Source of the DNA: an uncultured bacterium
Lineage (GTDB): Bacteria > Patescibacteriota > Minisyncoccia > Phycocordibacterales > Phycocordibacteraceae
Reading direction: 5' to 3'
DNA length: 35,007 nt
NCBI GenBank assembly: GCA_903825105.1
Contig: CAIJZI010000003.1
Location: 1 to 35,007 of the forward strand
Both the position numbers and the translations under genes were made by a program. The notes below the pieces were generated by a model that had not been told where the DNA came from, made no database searches, and saw only the letters and a program-made list of their open reading frames with translations. This document shows, piece after piece, positions 32,079-35,007 of the stretch. Positions within the stretch are counted from its first letter, which is position 1; every line of letters begins with the position of its first letter.

Positions 32079-35007
32079 ATGGATGAAATCTTTGAAAAAA
32101 ATTTAATATCGACAAAAAATGCTGGAGAACTTTCTGGCTACTCCTCGGACTATCTCGCGCGTCTCGCGCGATCAGGAAAAATTAATGGAAAAAGAATTGG
32201 GCATAGCTGGTTTATAGAAAAAGACTCACTCTTGAAATTTTTAGATGAGCAGGGGAATCGTAAGATTGATTATTCTCGCGCGCTCGCGCGCGCGCGAGAA
32301 GCAGAATACCGAGAGCAGAATTCGATTTTAAGAAATACTGCAAAAACTTTGTCAAAGCCGGTAAAAGTGCCCGTCAAAGAAATTCTAAACAACTCAGTGC
32401 GCCACTTCGCGAGCTCACCGATTTTTGCTGGAGTTGTCGCTCTTCTTGTTATCGTAGGTGGCGCGGCTCTTACTCATGCAGCCTCATCACCCGCGTTAGC
32501 AGATCGCGCGCTCTCGATAGTGACTGAAGTCTCGACAGGATTTAATTCAACATTTGGGAATATCCCAACGAAGATTGCAGAAAATATTCAAAAGACTTAT
32601 GAAGGCGCCGCGTCAATTTCTTATTCGTTGCGAAATGCGAGCACTCTTGCATTTCAGAATTATGACAGCGGCATCAGACTTTCTGCTGTTACCAACTCCT
32701 CACTCTTCAATTCTCCACGCATCGCTTTTTATGAAAATAAAAACGCTGACCGTATCAGTGAGATAAAATCACTCGCGCAGCCATCAGGTAAAATAAAAGA
32801 ATCCGTGCATACTATCGTTACGCTCGCTGATATCGAAGCGTTTGTCCTATCTGCATACACATTCTTCGAAAATCCTTCAAGCATACCTTCGGCGATCGCG
32901 AGTGTGTACGGTGCGCTCGGGAATAATTCATACACCGCGGTTGTTGCATCGCTCGATGCCTATCGCTCGCTTATCGAACAGGCAGGAATAAAAACGCTCG
33001 CTCTCTCATCGAGCGCGCGCGATGCTCTCGCCGCCTCGCCGCGCCTTATTTCAAAAATGAATCTCGCGTTAGGGAATGCAATTATCGACGGGACGCACTT
33101 CGCCATACACGCGGATGTTCAGAGCGCGTATGTCGTCTCTGACACAGCTCCTCGAGCCGGGCACGCGGTACTCGCTGTCATTATGAACACGGGGAGCACG
33201 CTCGCTGGCGCGACTTCTCGTACGCCAGCTCTCGCGGCATCGCTCTATCTGAACACAACCGCGATCCCTGCGACGCTCGCGCCGAAACTGGCTCAAGCGG
33301 TCTTCGGTGTTGAATATTCTGGTGCATCACGCTTTATCGCGGCGACCAATACCATTTCTGACAAATACCTGATCGCTATTCAAGGACTCGGCGAAGCGGG
33401 ATATGGTGGCGCCACCAATGCACGCTCTGCGGCACTCGCCCTTAGTAGCTTCAGAAAAGTTGCACCGGCGGCAATTGAAGATGCATATCTCGGCGTTATC
33501 GGTAAAAGCGCCCTCGCTCTGAATACCGCGAGTGAAAAGTTGACCGACTCGATACTCACGATACCGAAAGTCTCTGAAGCACTCGCCGCGGTCGCGCCGA
33601 CGCTCTCGACGGGTGAGCAGGTGGCGCTCACTACCTATAAAACAATCAACAGTATTTTTGGCGCGACAACGAATGCGCTCGCTTTCTTGTTTGAAAAAGA
33701 ACCAACAATCGTGATGCCAACGATCCCGATCACTCACACGCTCGCCGTTGCGACAACAACTCCAACAAGACCGACAACTTCTCTACAACCTATAACCTCA
33801 TTCCCAACCTACACAACAGTCGTGAGCGGCATTTCCCAAAACGAAATGAACCAGTCACTCGCCTCGCTTCGCAATAATATTCTCGCGACAGTCAGCGGAA
33901 TGATCCAGCCGGTCGCGGCGCAGAGCGCGGTAAATCAGACAACGATCCAGCAGGTGAATATGATTCAGAATCTTTCTGATCTCACCGTGCACAACGGAAA
34001 CTTCATCGGCGGAAACTTAGACGGAGTAAGCATCACGAACGGCACCTCGATCTCTGCATCACAAGGCGCATTCGATAATCTTATCGCTGGCGCGTTTTCT
34101 GTCGGGACATCAACCGTCACGAATTTAATCGCGACAACTGGTTCTATCGCTTCGCTCATCACCACAAGTGCGACAACGACCAACAGCACAGTCACCGGCT
34201 CACTCGCGCTCGCCTATTCGACGCCGTCTCGCCTCCTTTCAGTAAATGTAAACGGTGTGGCGACTTCAACAAATCTCTCCCAATGGATCTCTGGCACAGA
34301 AAATCAGATTACATTCACAGACAATGGCATTGGTGGGCTCACCGCCTCGCTCCCCTCACTGGTCACGCTCACGACAGCATCAACAACAAATCTTTTTGCA
34401 ACAAACGCAACAATCGGCGCGCTCTCGGCAAATTCGCTTTCGCTCGCGAATCAACTCACGGTCGCGAATGGCGGCACGGGCGCCACTTCGTTTATTGCCG
34501 GACAACTTCTCTATGGCTCGGGAACGGGAACTGTGCAGAGCGTCGCGACTTCAACTGCGACACTTGGCCTCGGGCTCACCGGCTCACTCACCGGAATTGG
34601 TTTAAACAATTCGCTCTCTATCGCAACCTCAACACTCTATTCAGGCACCACCGGTCAATTCCCTTATTTCTCCGCGACAAATACGCTCACCGCGACCTCT
34701 TCGCTTTTCCTCGCGTCAAGTGGCAATGTCGGAATCGGGACGAGCTCGCCGATGTCGCTGCTCTCTATTCAAGCAACTGCAGGCGGCACTACTCCACTCT
34801 TCGCGATCGCTTCTTCAACCGCAGGCGCCGCGACTTCAACCGCCTTCTTCGTCGCGAATAATGGGAATGTCGGCATTGGAACGACGACGCCTTCACAACT
34901 GCTAAGCGTTGGAAACGCAAATCAATTTACCGTCACATCCGCCGGTGCAGTCACTGCAGTTGGTGTGAACGCTGGTTCGGGTCTCATTCAAGGCACTGGC
35001 GGGCTCA
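32079..35007 (+). CDS. Giant HTH-TM-surface-fibre protein, 3' end outside the window (>=976 aa)
   Basis: I translated it by hand with no stop from ATG 32079 to the window end. N-terminal HTH (MDEIFEKNLISTKNAGELSGYSSDYLARLARSGKINGKRIGHSWFI), TM at ~aa 115-131, then an A/S/T/G-rich region with LTVANGGTG and two GNVGIGT(S/T)(S/T)P motifs (34722, 34863). Confidence 0.88.
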   Translation, partial: MDEIFEKNLISTKNAGELSGYSSDYLARLARSGKINGKRIGHSWFIEKDSLLKFLDEQGNRKIDYSRALARAREAEYREQNSILRNTAKTLSKPVKVPVKEILNNSVRHFASSPIFAGVVALLVIVGGAALTHAASSPALADRALSIVTEVSTGFNSTFGNIPTKIAENIQKTYEGAASISYSLRNASTLAFQNYDSGIRLSAVTNSSLFNSPRIAFYENKNADRISEIKSLAQPSGKIKESVHTIVTLADIEAFVLSAYTFFENPSSIPSAIASVYGALGNNSYTAVVASLDAYRSLIEQAGIKTLALSSSARDALAASPRLISKMNLALGNAIIDGTHFAIHADVQSAYVVSDTAPRAGHAVLAVIMNTGSTLAGATSRTPALAASLYLNTTAIPATLAPKLAQAVFGVEYSGASRFIAATNTISDKYLIAIQGLGEAGYGGATNARSAALALSSFRKVAPAAIEDAYLGVIGKSALALNTASEKLTDSILTIPKVSEALAAVAPTLSTGEQVALTTYKTINSIFGATTNALAFLFEKEPTIVMPTIPITHTLAVATTTPTRPTTSLQPITSFPTYTTVVSGISQNEMNQSLASLRNNILATVSGMIQPVAAQSAVNQTTIQQVNMIQNLSDLTVHNGNFIGGNLDGVSITNGTSISASQGAFDNLIAGAFSVGTSTVTNLIATTGSIASLITTSATTTNSTVTGSLALAYSTPSRLLSVNVNGVATSTNLSQWISGTENQITFTDNGIGGLTASLPSLVTLTTASTTNLFATNATIGALSANSLSLANQLTVANGGTGATSFIAGQLLYGSGTGTVQSVATSTATLGLGLTGSLTGIGLNNSLSIATSTLYSGTTGQFPYFSATNTLTATSSLFLASSGNVGIGTSSPMSLLSIQATAGGTTPLFAIASSTAGAATSTAFFVANNGNVGIGTTTPSQLLSVGNANQFTVTSAGAVTAVGVNAGSGLIQGTGGL

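Noticed and set aside
32273-32300. CGCG-rich palindrome in the giant ORF
   Set aside because: It is explained by SRALARAR codons and this genome's frequent CTCGCG/GCGCG usage.
32554-34905. Short ORFs listed by the track in the last 2.5 kb
   Set aside because: All are alternative-frame or antisense to the single uninterrupted ORF starting at 32079.
30574-35007. Prophage (excisionase + tail fibre)
   Set aside because: There are no integrase, capsid, terminase or att sites nearby. The HTHs are membrane-tethered and the fibre is fused to one of them, which fits a cellular surface protein.

Overview
Chromosomal window from a small-genome bacterium. The gene families and rRNA features point to Patescibacteria/CPR (Parcubacteria-like); this is inference, not a database match. 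TGA is read as stop (code 11). In order, the window holds: the 3' end of a 16S rRNA whose anti-Shine-Dalgarno tail is degenerate (CAUAUCC instead of CACCUCC); a structured spacer; tRNA-Ile(GAT) with no 23S following; a HExxH hypothetical; murD-murC; a catalytically degenerate PgeF/YfiH homologue; two papain-fold cysteine hydrolase genes; rsmI; a 50-aa membrane protein missing from the ORF track; an orphan VirD4/TrwB-like ATPase; a FlgD-PKD-LTD surface protein; a ~15 kb surface-glycan locus (epimerase, six GT4 domains, short UDP-sugar dehydrogenase, two methyltransferases, deacetylase, GT2, Wzx, O-antigen-ligase-like/TPR protein); a 22-aa Lys-rich peptide; secA; a four-helix-bundle (IVS-protein/Avd-like) gene; obgE; gatB; and two paralogous excisionase-type HTH-transmembrane genes. 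The second HTH gene is a >976-aa surface-fibre-like ORF that runs off the window and is absent from the ORF track. Three signals stand out. (1) A heptamer-repeat element forms inverted arms around the four-helix-bundle gene, and the same repeats sit in frame inside gatB. (2) A DNA-binding HTH is joined through a membrane helix to a giant adhesin-like fibre. (3) About ten unit-leading genes have a -10 box only 6-7 nt before the ATG (leaderless layout), matching the altered anti-SD. All alignments and counts were done by eye.
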